From a virus (lineage: Duplodnaviria; Caudoviricetes), in the IMG/VR virus record IMGVR_UViG_3300026546_000003, positions 1 through 63,061 of that record: 63,061 nt of DNA. One strand, 5' to 3'. Positions 30,401 to 39,858 of this stretch are shown here, piece by piece (within the stretch, counting starts at the first letter, position 1; every line of letters begins with the position of its first letter). The translations under genes were made by a program, and so were the position numbers. The notes under the pieces were generated by a model, which saw nothing but the letters and a program-made list of their open reading frames with translations, made no database searches and had not been told where the DNA came from.

Positions 30401-31189
30401 GGAATAGAGTTATATGCGTATGACTCTGAGGATGATGACATATTTTCTAGTGCTTTTTATTTTAATTTAGCGGATGGACTAGTAGGATCACTGCCTTCTG
30501 AAGGGACTAGTATAGATATTACTCAACTAGAAGATGGGTGGTTTTGGTGTAATGGTTCTCTAGAATACACAGGCTCTTCTACTATTGCTAGTATGGATTA
30601 TGTATTATTTCCTGCACATGCTGATGGGAACTCTGCGGTAACTGGGGATGGATCTACAATTAATATTTATATTTGGGGGACACAGTTAGAGCAATCTAAC
30701 CGTCCTACAAGTTATATTCCAACTACTAGTGGTGCAGTTACTAGAGCTATGGAACGGTGTTTTATTCCAGCTAAGGATAATTTACCTGGTACTAAGGAGC
30801 CAGTTACTGTTTTATTTGATTATAAATTAACAAGATTAATTGGAAGTTTTGGTTTTGCATTCGAACATAATGACACTTATTTACGTGTATATTTAGATAA
30901 TGATACAATTACTGGAAATATTACAAGTCGTCTCCTTGCAGTTAATGGGTTGGATACCCATAACGTTCATAGAATAGGACTACAAAAAGACGAATCAAAA
31001 ACACAATCAAAATTATTTATAAATGGTGTATTAAAAGTTACTGATGTACTTGGGTCTTCTACAATGGACCCTTCAGGTAATATTTATATTGGATGTGGAT
31101 CATGGGAGACTAATAGTTATTATGGGTGTATTTCTAATTTACGAATTTATGATAGAGCACTTACTACTGAAGAAATGAGGATTGCATAA
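27491..31189 (+). CDS. Long tail/head fibre protein with Stf-like repeats and C-terminal LamG/spike domain
   Basis: AATSETNAANSASA repeats; GVAELDANGTVPSAQLPS motif; 53-aa repeats; TFTRAS.ATY..GLL.E...TN module and LamG-type end. Confidence 0.85.
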   Translation: MALTPEQEQQLLAHLSSTNNPHITTSSQIGIVNTDNVPEGRINLYGITSTSLVVPIKDWFPDAVSYGYEITKNTGWGVNLSQGYVWIGGQQYNNTGITDIFQITPPSGSDRTDLVYLDQNNASTDYTLLPSIQEGDVTLPSGCFALCEIFVPSTATDITQCTITDKRVLVGDVNVEAAVDAANEAETYKDQAATSASNAATSETNAANSASAAATSESNAATSETNASNSASAAATSESNAANSASAASTSETNASNSASAAATSETNAANSASAAATSASNAATSESNAANSATAASTSETNAANSETNASNSASAAATSETNASNSATASANSASAASTSETNASNSASNAATSESNAETYKNQAATSESNAETYKNQAATSESNAANSASAAANSATNASNSESNAATSATTAVNAKDTAVTYRDEAYDWAEEAEDTQVTDSAGHTGYSAYHWAKKAEQSAGQGDMQSTTYDPNNIEADVFNRANHTGTQTASTISDFDTEVSNNTDVAANTTFRNSKGTANGVAELDANGTVPSAQLPSFVDDVLEYNDFASLPATGETGKIYITLDDNKTYRWGGSVYVTIGTSLALGETSDTAYRGDRGKIAYDHSQTAHAPADATHNSPDSTLLDRANHTGTQTASTISDFDTEVSNNTDVSANTTHRNSAHAPSDATHNSPDSTLLDRSNHTGTQTASTISDFDTEVSNNTDVSANTTHRNSLHAPSDATHNSPDSTLLDRANHTGTQTASTISDFDTEVSNNTDVSANTTHRNSLHAPSDATHNSPDSTLLDRTNHTGTQTASTISDFDTEVSNNTDVSANTTFINNINTSIGNIMNPLLHLPLKNGFNIPFGVGDVTFTRASSATYIDLQGIVQKVGNDEPRFCKDGLLMEGESTNSLPYSEELDHAGWSKYNLTISANATTAPDGTTTADGLIADSNGYWHSVEKDYLSITGNIFSFSFFVKKGDKDWVGIELYAYDSEDDDIFSSAFYFNLADGLVGSLPSEGTSIDITQLEDGWFWCNGSLEYTGSSTIASMDYVLFPAHADGNSAVTGDGSTINIYIWGTQLEQSNRPTSYIPTTSGAVTRAMERCFIPAKDNLPGTKEPVTVLFDYKLTRLIGSFGFAFEHNDTYLRVYLDNDTITGNITSRLLAVNGLDTHNVHRIGLQKDESKTQSKLFINGVLKVTDVLGSSTMDPSGNIYIGCGSWETNSYYGCISNLRIYDRALTTEEMRIA
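28050..28745 (+). repeat. Ala/Ser/Thr/Asn heptad coding repeats
   Basis: Recurrent gcaactagtgaaactaatgc / aatagtgctagt units. Confidence 0.9.
29336..29956 (+). repeat. 159-bp (53-aa) tandem coding repeat, ~4 copies, plus a partial copy near 28943
   Basis: gataga...aatcatactggtactcaaacagc at 29384, 29543, 29702, 29861. Confidence 0.95.
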
Positions 31190-32493
31190 TGAAATATAGT
31201 TCGTTAAATCAATTAAGTAAAACAGCTAGTAATTTAGAAGAGGAATATACTAAGAAGATAGATTTGCAACAAAGTCTAAATAAAATTAATAGACCATTAG
31301 TTCATATTCCATTTAAGAACTCATTGGATGTAGTTTGTGGAAATGGGCCAATAACTTTTGCCCGCTCTAGTAATGCAACTTATATAGATCGATATGGTGT
31401 ATTAAAGAAAGTTTCATCAGATGTTCCTAGATTCGAAGAAGATGGGCTTCTTGTAGAATTTGGGCTCACTAATTTATTAAAGTCTTCAGAGGAACTAAAT
31501 AATAGTGCTTGGGGAAAGACACGTGTTACTATTTCAGCAAACGCTACTAAAGCTCCTGATAAAACAACGACTGCTGATGGAATAATAGCAGATTCTAATG
31601 ATGGATCACATTGTTTACTCCAAAATGCCTCATCTTCGGATGGTATGATTGCTGCTTCATGTTTTTTTAAACCTGGAAGTGAAGATTTTGCTGGAATTTG
31701 GATTGACTTTAAAGATGCTTCATCAAATATAATAGGTCGAGGCTTCGTTATATTTAACCTTATTACTGGTGAGTATAATATTCATACACAAACAGACTGT
31801 GAGATTTCACCTTCAATAAGATTCCTTAGTAACGGATGGGTAAGAGTGGAAGAAATTATAAAATACACAGGTTCTTCTAGTGTAGATACGATAGTGTATT
31901 ATCCATGTAGCGCTGATAGTTTAACAAGTTACCAATTTACAGGGGATGGATCTACTATAACTACGTATGCTTGGGGGGCGCAATTAGAAAATTCTCCATA
32001 TTGTTCTAGTTATATACCAACAACTACTGGGCAGGCTACAAGACAAGTAGACGCTTGTTCTCTACCTGCTATGAATAACTTTCCCTATAAAATAATGACT
32101 ATGTGCTTTGATTATAAATTTATGCCATCTATTGGGTATGATCTTTCGCTTATTGACTATGATTATTCCCTTTTCTTTATATCCAAACAGAAAAATAAAA
32201 TTAAGTTTAGGATTTTTGGATATGAGGAAGATACATATGATATAGATTTACCTAGTCTTAATAGCTATGTAATTCGAACTGATGAGGAAAAATTTTACGT
32301 ATTTGTAAATGGAGAATTAGTTCTAACTCAACAGCACAACCATGATTATTTTGATGGATACGGAAATATGTATTTTGGAAGTTATGACAATAGTCTGTAT
32401 GCAGCTGGGGGATATATTTCAAATTTTAGAATATACGATAAATTCTTTACAGATGAGGAAATAAAATTATTAAATTTACTAGGAGATGATTAA
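31189..32493 (+). CDS. LamG/spike-domain protein, paralog of the C-terminus of 27491..31189
   Basis: ITFARSSNATYID, GLLVE, ISANAT.APD.TTTADG.IADSN, WGAQLE, SYIPTT, ISNFRIYD shared. Confidence 0.8.
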   Translation: MKYSSLNQLSKTASNLEEEYTKKIDLQQSLNKINRPLVHIPFKNSLDVVCGNGPITFARSSNATYIDRYGVLKKVSSDVPRFEEDGLLVEFGLTNLLKSSEELNNSAWGKTRVTISANATKAPDKTTTADGIIADSNDGSHCLLQNASSSDGMIAASCFFKPGSEDFAGIWIDFKDASSNIIGRGFVIFNLITGEYNIHTQTDCEISPSIRFLSNGWVRVEEIIKYTGSSSVDTIVYYPCSADSLTSYQFTGDGSTITTYAWGAQLENSPYCSSYIPTTTGQATRQVDACSLPAMNNFPYKIMTMCFDYKFMPSIGYDLSLIDYDYSLFFISKQKNKIKFRIFGYEEDTYDIDLPSLNSYVIRTDEEKFYVFVNGELVLTQQHNHDYFDGYGNMYFGSYDNSLYAAGGYISNFRIYDKFFTDEEIKLLNLLGDD

Positions 32494-33284
32494 TGAATAT
32501 AAAACCAATTTCTTACGCTGGGATTGTTCCTACAAAAGATGACAAAGATATTCTAACAACTTTAACTACAATAGGTTTTTCTGGCCCTCGTAAATTGCCT
32601 AGAGTTATTAAGTTATTTGATAAAGATGTAGAATATATTAGTATTGGCCAGTATGGACAAGTTTTAGTAGGTGGATGGCATAGAGAACTTCATACTATTC
32701 CTACACACTGGGAAGATTTTAAGGGTGAGAATATACTTCTAGCTCTTGGCCAGCCTATTTCCCTATTTGCTTGTGGAAATAGTGTAAAAATATTTGAAAG
32801 AAATGAGAGAATTGTTATTGATTTTAATGTTAAGGACTATGACAAGAAAATTAGACAGATGTTCCAAATTCATTTTCCATTAAAAGAGCCTAACATCGTA
32901 GAGTATCATTATTACAAAGTACACACAGAATATAATGTAATGATTGGTGCTTTAAGAAAGAAGGATGATTATGTTGAATGGACTGATGTGAAAGAGAACT
33001 GGTCATATAATCATGTAGCATTAAGAATTGATACATCTCCTTCGGCTACTGCTGCTGATGTACTAGAAGAATTAGAACAAGAACGCCAAAGGGAACTAAA
33101 TGCCGAAAGAGCAAGACAAATAAAAGACCTATCAAAAGAGCCTGACATTCCCTTAAAAGATGGGTATGAATGGAAGATTTTTTCTACACCTATGGGTAAA
33201 CTATGGCATCAAGTTCCAAAGGCGAAAGAAGAATTTGTTACTGTATTTGAGAATGATACTATAAAAGTTATGGTAAAGAAGTGA
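32493..33284 (+). CDS. Hypothetical protein
   Basis: 263-aa ORF coupled to the upstream gene. Confidence 0.7.
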   Translation: MNIKPISYAGIVPTKDDKDILTTLTTIGFSGPRKLPRVIKLFDKDVEYISIGQYGQVLVGGWHRELHTIPTHWEDFKGENILLALGQPISLFACGNSVKIFERNERIVIDFNVKDYDKKIRQMFQIHFPLKEPNIVEYHYYKVHTEYNVMIGALRKKDDYVEWTDVKENWSYNHVALRIDTSPSATAADVLEELEQERQRELNAERARQIKDLSKEPDIPLKDGYEWKIFSTPMGKLWHQVPKAKEEFVTVFENDTIKVMVKK

Positions 33285-33415
33285 TAATTAACTCAAAAAT
33301 TAGCCACAGAATCGAATACCGTAACTGAGAGATAGTGAGGTACCTAAGAGACAAAATTTCTTAGGTACCTCGCGATAAAAAAGACTAATTTGCTATGAAC
33401 TGAGGAGAACCGAGA

Positions 33416-33640
33416 ATGGATTTTGGGTCGTTATTAAAATTGCTATCAAGTTCTGAAGTTACAAAGCTCTTAAATCAAATGGTGGAAAAGAGTTCTACAG
33501 CTGATAAAACAAAATTAGAGTTTATTAATTTGCTTGTAGAAAATATGGATGATAAAGGAAAAGTTGATGTGAAGGATATAATCAAAAAACTTGTAAAACA
33601 TAGAACGGTATTTGATGATGAAGAATTTGGAATGGGATAA
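33416..33640 (+). CDS. Hypothetical protein
   Basis: GAGGAG RBS. Confidence 0.65.
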   Translation: MDFGSLLKLLSSSEVTKLLNQMVEKSSTADKTKLEFINLLVENMDDKGKVDVKDIIKKLVKHRTVFDDEEFGMG

Positions 33641-33773
33641 CTTATTAGCATTACTTATTATTGGCGTTCTGGGAGGAATTGCTATGTGGACAAGAACTGC
33701 TGATAACCAAATTGTTACTAGCATTATTTCTGGTATGATTGGTTATATAGCAAAAGGGAGTATACGTAAATGA
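33615..33773 (+). CDS. 52-aa two-TM protein, holin-like (putative)
   Basis: Manual translation MMKNLEWDNLLALLIIGVLGGIAMW...IVTSIISGMIGYIAKGSIRK; basic C-terminus. Confidence 0.5.
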   Translation: MMKNLEWDNLLALLIIGVLGGIAMWTRTADNQIVTSIISGMIGYIAKGSIRK

Positions 33774-33952
33774 AAAATTTTAATAAGTTATGGATAGTTT
33801 TAGGATTAGGATTCTGGGGCTTTGGACTTAAATTACAAAAAGGATATGGGACTGGTGGAGGAGAAATTGGAGAAACATTTTATTTAACTGATGATGCTGG
33901 GAATGTCCTAACTGACGACTCTGGAAATCCATTAACTTGGAGTGATGAATAA
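33770..33952 (+). CDS. Small fibre-adaptor-like protein
   Basis: YLTDDAGNVLTDDSGNPL tandem motif. Confidence 0.5.
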   Translation: MKNFNKLWIVLGLGFWGFGLKLQKGYGTGGGEIGETFYLTDDAGNVLTDDSGNPLTWSDE

Positions 33953-35208
33953 TGGGTACAAAAACTTTATACATAGATCATAATTTAATAGATGAAGACT
34001 TAACAGATTTTCCAGTAGCTATTGATTTAACGGACAAAGTTCCAGAGTTATGTAATGACTTAGGAGAAAATAAATATAAGTTTAAAGTAACACTAGAAGA
34101 TGGAACTGAATGTTATACTGAAATAGAATGTTGGGAAACCACAAATAAAGTAATCCATACTAAAATTCCTTTAGTTTCTTCTACAACTGATACTAAAATT
34201 AACTTGGAATGGGATGCTGCTTGGGACGATAATACTACATATATTGGTGAAACAGGTTCTGATGTTGCTAAGAATGTATGGGATAGTAACTATGTAGCAG
34301 TATACCATATGGCGCAAGATCCTAGTTCTGGTACTATATTAGATTCTACTAGTAATGCTTTGAATGGTACAGTCTATGGTAGTATGACAAGTGAAGACTT
34401 AATTGATGGAATTCTAGGAAAAGCTATTGACTTTGATGGGGTTGATGATTATATTCAAACGCCTCAAACAGATTTAATGAATATAGGAACTGGGGATATA
34501 ACATATTTAGTAAGTTATACAATTTTATCAGTTCCAGGTGATGACCATGCTCTTATTAGGTCAAATTGGGATACTCCCTCTTCTAATGGGGACATTGGTG
34601 CAGGTATTTTAACTTATAATGCTTCATCTGGGTTTAATTCTTGGGCGCATTTTAGAGATAATTCTGGAAATATAAAATCATCTGAAATTATTAATAAAGA
34701 TTTAGGACACCATATATTAGCATTAACAAGATCCACCCAAATTGGCACATTTTTTACAGATTTAGATCAATCTAGTATTTCAGATGCTACAGCCAATTAT
34801 AGTGGATATCAATACACTAGAATTGCTAATGATGCTAATGGAAATAAAGATTACGGAACTTATAGTGAAGTAAGAATTTCTAATATTGCTAGGTCAGGGG
34901 CATGGATTAAGGCTACTTATTATAACTTAACTACTGCGTTGATAGCTATAGCTCAAAATCATAATATTAAACCTCTATACTCACAAATTCATATTAAAGA
35001 CTTTATTTCCCCAACTAAATATCAACTTACTCATATAGGTAGAAGAAATGAAGTATGTTTTTGTTTAGAATTACAAACTTTATATATGTTTACTGAATTT
35101 GGAAATAGTTATGAAATAGATGGATTAAAGGTACTACAAACAGGACAAGGTGGCGATACTCGTTGGGTAGGAATTGCCGGAAAATACAATTATTACGAAC
35201 AGGAGTAA
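33952..35208 (+). CDS. DUF2341-like + LamG virion protein
   Basis: DEDLTDFPVAI, CYTEIECW, VWDSNYVAVYHM, GKAIDFDGVDDYI, SEVRISNIARS.AWIK. Confidence 0.8.
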   Translation: MGTKTLYIDHNLIDEDLTDFPVAIDLTDKVPELCNDLGENKYKFKVTLEDGTECYTEIECWETTNKVIHTKIPLVSSTTDTKINLEWDAAWDDNTTYIGETGSDVAKNVWDSNYVAVYHMAQDPSSGTILDSTSNALNGTVYGSMTSEDLIDGILGKAIDFDGVDDYIQTPQTDLMNIGTGDITYLVSYTILSVPGDDHALIRSNWDTPSSNGDIGAGILTYNASSGFNSWAHFRDNSGNIKSSEIINKDLGHHILALTRSTQIGTFFTDLDQSSISDATANYSGYQYTRIANDANGNKDYGTYSEVRISNIARSGAWIKATYYNLTTALIAIAQNHNIKPLYSQIHIKDFISPTKYQLTHIGRRNEVCFCLELQTLYMFTEFGNSYEIDGLKVLQTGQGGDTRWVGIAGKYNYYEQE

Positions 35209-35211
35209 ATA

Positions 35212-36591
35212 ATGGCTAATAGAGCATTTAACGAATTTATTCAATCTGGTGAGGTTCCTATAGTAAATCTTAATGGTTTTGACAGACAAGATGAACATAG
35301 TATGGGCTTTATAGATTTTGATGAGACTAATAGAACATTTTCTATTGAACCTTATGATGAAGAAGATGGGTTTTTCCCTTTAACTTTTTGGTGTAAAGGA
35401 AAAAAGTTTAGTTTAGATTCTGCCTATTATGAGGTAACTATTCCAGAGATTACAGGTTTATATTATTGTTACTTTGATAATGATGGAGTTTTACAATATA
35501 CTAGTGCGGATAATATTCCTGATGAGATTTTTACAGAATATGCATTAGTTGGATTTGTATATTGGAATAGTGAAAATCAGTCGTATATTGCAGGTGATGA
35601 AAGACATGGGATTACTATGGATGGAGTCACACATAAATATCTTCATCAAACAAGAGGAGCAGTATACGCAGAAGGAACCGAACCTGTAGGATTTACTGCT
35701 GGAACTACAAATTATACCTCAATTAGTGAAGGTAAAGGGTATGATGAGGATATTTTACATACTTTTAATGAAATGACAACTATTCCTTTTCTTTATAAAT
35801 CCGGAGGGCCACTTGAATGGACTGTAACTGACCCCGACACTAAATATGGGTTTACAGATGGTGGAAGTTCTTGTAAATGGAATAAATTAGACCCTGAATC
35901 TGGAGAGTGGTCATTGGCCGAAGCGGATGCTGATACTGATGTTCAACTTACATTTTTTGTAGCTATTCCAAGTACTTATGGAGAGAGTTATTATAAAATC
36001 ATTGGCCAATCAGCTTACCCAAATAAAGGTGCCGCTAGAAATGCAATTAAGACTGAGATTGAAAAATTAGAAACTTATGGGCTGCCTTCATTAGAGGTTG
36101 TTTTTTTATATGCAGTAATTTATAAAAAGAATGGAAATCTAGTTACTCAAGATGATGGAACTCTTTACTATGATTTAAGAGGATACAGAGCAACAACAAG
36201 TGGGCCTACTGTAGTTTCTGCTTCTAATATTCCTACTGACCCTACTAATTTTGGTAATAGACTTAACCCAACTGATACTGATGTTCAAAAAGCATTAGAA
36301 ACTATTTCCCAAGCTCCTACTACTTTATTTACTGTAATAAGTGCATATGAAACGGAAGAAGTAATAGACTTGACAAATGGAAATGGGGCTAATGGTGGAG
36401 CTTCTTCTTTATGGGGTGATACTATTACATATATTGGCTCTAATGAATACGAATTTGCTGCTAATAGAATTCAGTTTTTTGTAAATGGAACTTTATTACT
36501 TAAAGGTCAAACAGTAGAATGGGTTTCAAGTACTACAGTTAAATTTTGGATCCCATTAGAGCCTGGTGATCAATTTGTGGTGATACAATAA
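35212..36591 (+). CDS. Hypothetical structural protein
   Basis: 459-aa ORF with RBS in the fibre cluster. Confidence 0.7.
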   Translation: MANRAFNEFIQSGEVPIVNLNGFDRQDEHSMGFIDFDETNRTFSIEPYDEEDGFFPLTFWCKGKKFSLDSAYYEVTIPEITGLYYCYFDNDGVLQYTSADNIPDEIFTEYALVGFVYWNSENQSYIAGDERHGITMDGVTHKYLHQTRGAVYAEGTEPVGFTAGTTNYTSISEGKGYDEDILHTFNEMTTIPFLYKSGGPLEWTVTDPDTKYGFTDGGSSCKWNKLDPESGEWSLAEADADTDVQLTFFVAIPSTYGESYYKIIGQSAYPNKGAARNAIKTEIEKLETYGLPSLEVVFLYAVIYKKNGNLVTQDDGTLYYDLRGYRATTSGPTVVSASNIPTDPTNFGNRLNPTDTDVQKALETISQAPTTLFTVISAYETEEVIDLTNGNGANGGASSLWGDTITYIGSNEYEFAANRIQFFVNGTLLLKGQTVEWVSSTTVKFWIPLEPGDQFVVIQ

Positions 36592-38441
36592 TGGGAACAA
36601 AAACTTTATTAATAGATCATAATTTAATAGATGAAGATTTATTAGATTTTCCAGTAGCTATTGACTTATTAGATAAAGTTCCAGAATTATGTAATGACTT
36701 AGGAGAAAATAAGTATAAGTTTACAATTAAAGTTGATACTCCTGATACTTTTACAGAATTATTAATTCACTCTGATACTTTTAATGGGGATACAAATTTT
36801 GTGGATAGTTCAAAAAACAATTTTACTATCACACCTTATGGGGATATTATTCATAGTACTGTGCAAAGTAAAATTGGGGCTTCTTCAATGTATTTTGATG
36901 GAAGTAATAATTTTTTATCAATCGATTATTTTCCTAATTTTGGTACAGAAGATTTTACGATCGAATGGTGGGAATATTTATTAACAACTGCGGATGAATA
37001 TGCTCCAGTTTTTCAAACAGACAAAAATAGTACAACCTCTACTCGTTGTGGGTTAATGTTAGGATATAATTTTGGGGGAAAATCTACTATTTATGCATGC
37101 TCTGATCCAAATGCCTGGGATATTGCAAATGGAGTAGAGATTGCGCCATTAGATCCTAATACTTGGCATCATAAAGCTTTTGTAAGACAAGGAGATACTT
37201 TTTATATTTTTTATGATGGATCTTTAGTAAGTACTTTTACGAGTTCTCTTCCTATATACCAATGTAATGGTGTTGGACTCGGAGGACATAATACAGATTA
37301 TTTTTTATCAGCTTATATAGATGAGTTTCGAGTATCAATAGGTACGGCAAGATGGACTGAGAATTTTACACCACCAACTCAACCTTATCCCAATATTAGT
37401 GAATGTTATAATGAAATTGAGTGCTGGGAACCTACAAATAAAGTAATACATACAAAAGTCCCAAGAATTGAAAAAGATAATGATACTTATTTAACAGTTG
37501 AATGGGATGCTACTTGGGATGATAATACTACTTTTGTAGGAGAAACAGGTTCTGATGCTGCTAAGAATGTATGGGATAATAATTATGTAGCAGTATATCA
37601 TATGGCCCAAGATCCTAGTTCTGGTACTATATTAGATTCTACTAGTAATGCTTTGAATGGTACAGTCTATGGTAGTATGACAAATGAAGAGTTAATTGAT
37701 GGAATTCTAGGTAAAGCTATTGAGTTTGATGGGGTTGATGATTATATTGAAGGAACATTACCCTCATTTAATCAATTTACTGGACTTATTTCTTTTAAAT
37801 TAACAGAACAAATCGCTTCTGAAAGAGGATTATTATCTGGAGAAGATGCTAAAATTGCAATAAATATGATGAATAATAATACTCTTCGTTTTTTAACTAA
37901 TTATTCTTGGGTAACGAGTAGAGATGTGACAGTTGACCCAATTAATATGGATAATCATATTTATGTTGGACGAACAGATGGAAATTTAATTGATTATCTT
38001 TGGGATGGAGTAAAAGTACGAAGTGACTCTGTAGCAGGTAGTATTGACGCTAGTACTTTACGTATTGCACGATATGGAGATACTTATACTAAATCTTTAT
38101 ATTATGAAGTAAGAATTTCTAAAATTGCAAGATCTGATGCTTGGATTAAGGCTACTAACTATAATCTAACTAATTATTTTGTAACAGTAGCTCAAGATTA
38201 TACTATTAAACCTCTATATTCACAAATTCATATTAAAGATCTTATTCTACCTTATAAATATTGGTTATCTCAAACTGGTAGAAGAAATGAAGTATGTTTT
38301 TGTTTAGAGACTATGACTGGTTATGCCTTTGTTGAAAATGGGGCAGCATATACAGTAAATAACACTTCGGTTCTTAACACTGTTCAAGGAGGAGATACTC
38401 GTTGGGTAGGTGTTTATGGACAGTATAACTATTTTGGATAA
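36591..38441 (+). CDS. DUF2341-like + two LamG domains, paralog of 33952..35208
   Basis: Same N- and C-terminal blocks plus an inserted LamG (SKIGASSMYFDG...DFTIEWW...YIDEFRVSIGTARWTENFTPP). Confidence 0.82.
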   Translation: MGTKTLLIDHNLIDEDLLDFPVAIDLLDKVPELCNDLGENKYKFTIKVDTPDTFTELLIHSDTFNGDTNFVDSSKNNFTITPYGDIIHSTVQSKIGASSMYFDGSNNFLSIDYFPNFGTEDFTIEWWEYLLTTADEYAPVFQTDKNSTTSTRCGLMLGYNFGGKSTIYACSDPNAWDIANGVEIAPLDPNTWHHKAFVRQGDTFYIFYDGSLVSTFTSSLPIYQCNGVGLGGHNTDYFLSAYIDEFRVSIGTARWTENFTPPTQPYPNISECYNEIECWEPTNKVIHTKVPRIEKDNDTYLTVEWDATWDDNTTFVGETGSDAAKNVWDNNYVAVYHMAQDPSSGTILDSTSNALNGTVYGSMTNEELIDGILGKAIEFDGVDDYIEGTLPSFNQFTGLISFKLTEQIASERGLLSGEDAKIAINMMNNNTLRFLTNYSWVTSRDVTVDPINMDNHIYVGRTDGNLIDYLWDGVKVRSDSVAGSIDASTLRIARYGDTYTKSLYYEVRISKIARSDAWIKATNYNLTNYFVTVAQDYTIKPLYSQIHIKDLILPYKYWLSQTGRRNEVCFCLETMTGYAFVENGAAYTVNNTSVLNTVQGGDTRWVGVYGQYNYFG

Positions 38442-38455
38442 AGGAGAAGTAAACA

Positions 38456-38758
38456 ATGGGATTTGGTGACGTACCCTCAGTAACACAAGAAAGTAAAGCA
38501 CATTTACCTGAAGACTATAATAATAATCCTCTACAGGTAATGGCTCCAGTAAAAGAGTTTTTAAGTGTTTCTTCAGGAGAGGAAATAAATGTAGAAAATA
38601 TTAATGTAATTATGTTTGACGCAGATGTTGATTTATCTTTTGACTCAGAAGGAGAATCATTAATTTATTCTGGTTATCCTGCTCATACACCACTTGGAAT
38701 TCCTAGAGACGCATCTACTCTTACAGTTTCAGCAGATTGTGTAGCTATGTATATGTAA
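38456..38758 (+). CDS. Hypothetical protein
   Basis: AAGGAG RBS. Confidence 0.65.
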   Translation: MGFGDVPSVTQESKAHLPEDYNNNPLQVMAPVKEFLSVSSGEEINVENINVIMFDADVDLSFDSEGESLIYSGYPAHTPLGIPRDASTLTVSADCVAMYM

Positions 38759-39417
38759 TGGATGATAAAGAAGTACAAAAACAAATTGAAGAAGCTAAGG
38801 CTAGTAACTGCGCTATGCATCAAGAAGTATGGACAGATTTTACAACTCAATTAAATAAACTCACTTCTACTCAAAATTACCATGATAAAGAGATAGAAGC
38901 TTTACGAGATAATGTAAAAGAATTGCAGAAATTAACCTTAGCAATACAAGAACAGAATTTCAAAATAGATAGAGTACTAGATTCTCTTAATGATCGTAGA
39001 AGTGAAATAGATGCATTATTCTCAAAAGCTAGAACCTACGAAGCTAAATTTTCTGAGTGTCCATTACATAAGGAAAGAATTGAAAATAGATTTGTTGTTT
39101 TAGATGAGGATTTACAACGATCAAAAGAAGAGTGTAAAAAAGAACGAGATAAATTTCAAGAGACTATAGAACAAGAAATAGAGGACAAAATATATGCAGT
39201 TGCTAGCGGCCAAACTTTGTTTAGGTGGATTTTATCTCTTTTTCTTCTTATTACTGTGTCTGTGGTTGGTTATAATATTGACCAGACTATGAAAGTAACA
39301 AAAGAAATGCAACGGTTAAATGTACAAATCGAAAAACAAATTCAGAGAAGTGAGTATATGAGCCATGAAATAACTAAAAATACTAATGACATTGCGGAGT
39401 ATACTCACAAAAGGTAA
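38758..39417 (+). CDS. Coiled-coil protein with one TM segment (possibly lysis-associated)
   Basis: ATG overlapping the upstream stop; coiled coil followed by LFRWILSLFLLITVSVVGY; next to the endolysin. Confidence 0.6.
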   Translation: MDDKEVQKQIEEAKASNCAMHQEVWTDFTTQLNKLTSTQNYHDKEIEALRDNVKELQKLTLAIQEQNFKIDRVLDSLNDRRSEIDALFSKARTYEAKFSECPLHKERIENRFVVLDEDLQRSKEECKKERDKFQETIEQEIEDKIYAVASGQTLFRWILSLFLLITVSVVGYNIDQTMKVTKEMQRLNVQIEKQIQRSEYMSHEITKNTNDIAEYTHKR

Positions 39418-39423
39418 TATATT

Positions 39424-39858
39424 ATGATTTATTTTACCCCTAGTGAAATAAAATATTATGAACGCATGAGCCCGAAATTGCTGACGGCGCTAGATATGTT
39501 TAGAGAAAGATGTAATGCTCCAGTTTATGTAAGTCCTGCAGAAGGGGCTACCTGGAGACCAAGACATAAAGGATCTCATTCATATCATTCCTGTATACCA
39601 GGGCGCAATAAGCAATCTTGGGCAATAGATGTATTTCCTACTTGTGACCCATGGGAAGCTTTTATTGCAGCTACCTCAGTTCCAGAAATTAATGGAATTG
39701 GTTTATATCCACATTGGCGATTTAACTCACTAAAGTTTGGAATGCATTTAGATATTAGACATGATCCTAGAGTAGTATGGTGGGAACCTAAAGACCACGT
39801 TTATAGGACTATTCATTCATTTAAACATTTAGAACAATTAATAAAGGAATTTGATTAA
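39424..39858 (+). CDS. Endolysin, peptidase M15 family
   Basis: SxH (SYH), AID, GIGLY and HLDIR zinc-peptidase motifs. Confidence 0.85.
   Translation: MIYFTPSEIKYYERMSPKLLTALDMFRERCNAPVYVSPAEGATWRPRHKGSHSYHSCIPGRNKQSWAIDVFPTCDPWEAFIAATSVPEINGIGLYPHWRFNSLKFGMHLDIRHDPRVVWWEPKDHVYRTIHSFKHLEQLIKEFD

Noticed and set aside
33320-33380. Hammerhead ribozyme
   Set aside because: ctgagag does not fit CUGANGA and no matching GAAA core was found
33952-38441. Diversity-generating retroelement (TR/VR)
   Set aside because: No reverse transcriptase in the window; both repeat copies lie in coding paralogs, and differences are largely synonymous rather than adenine-specific
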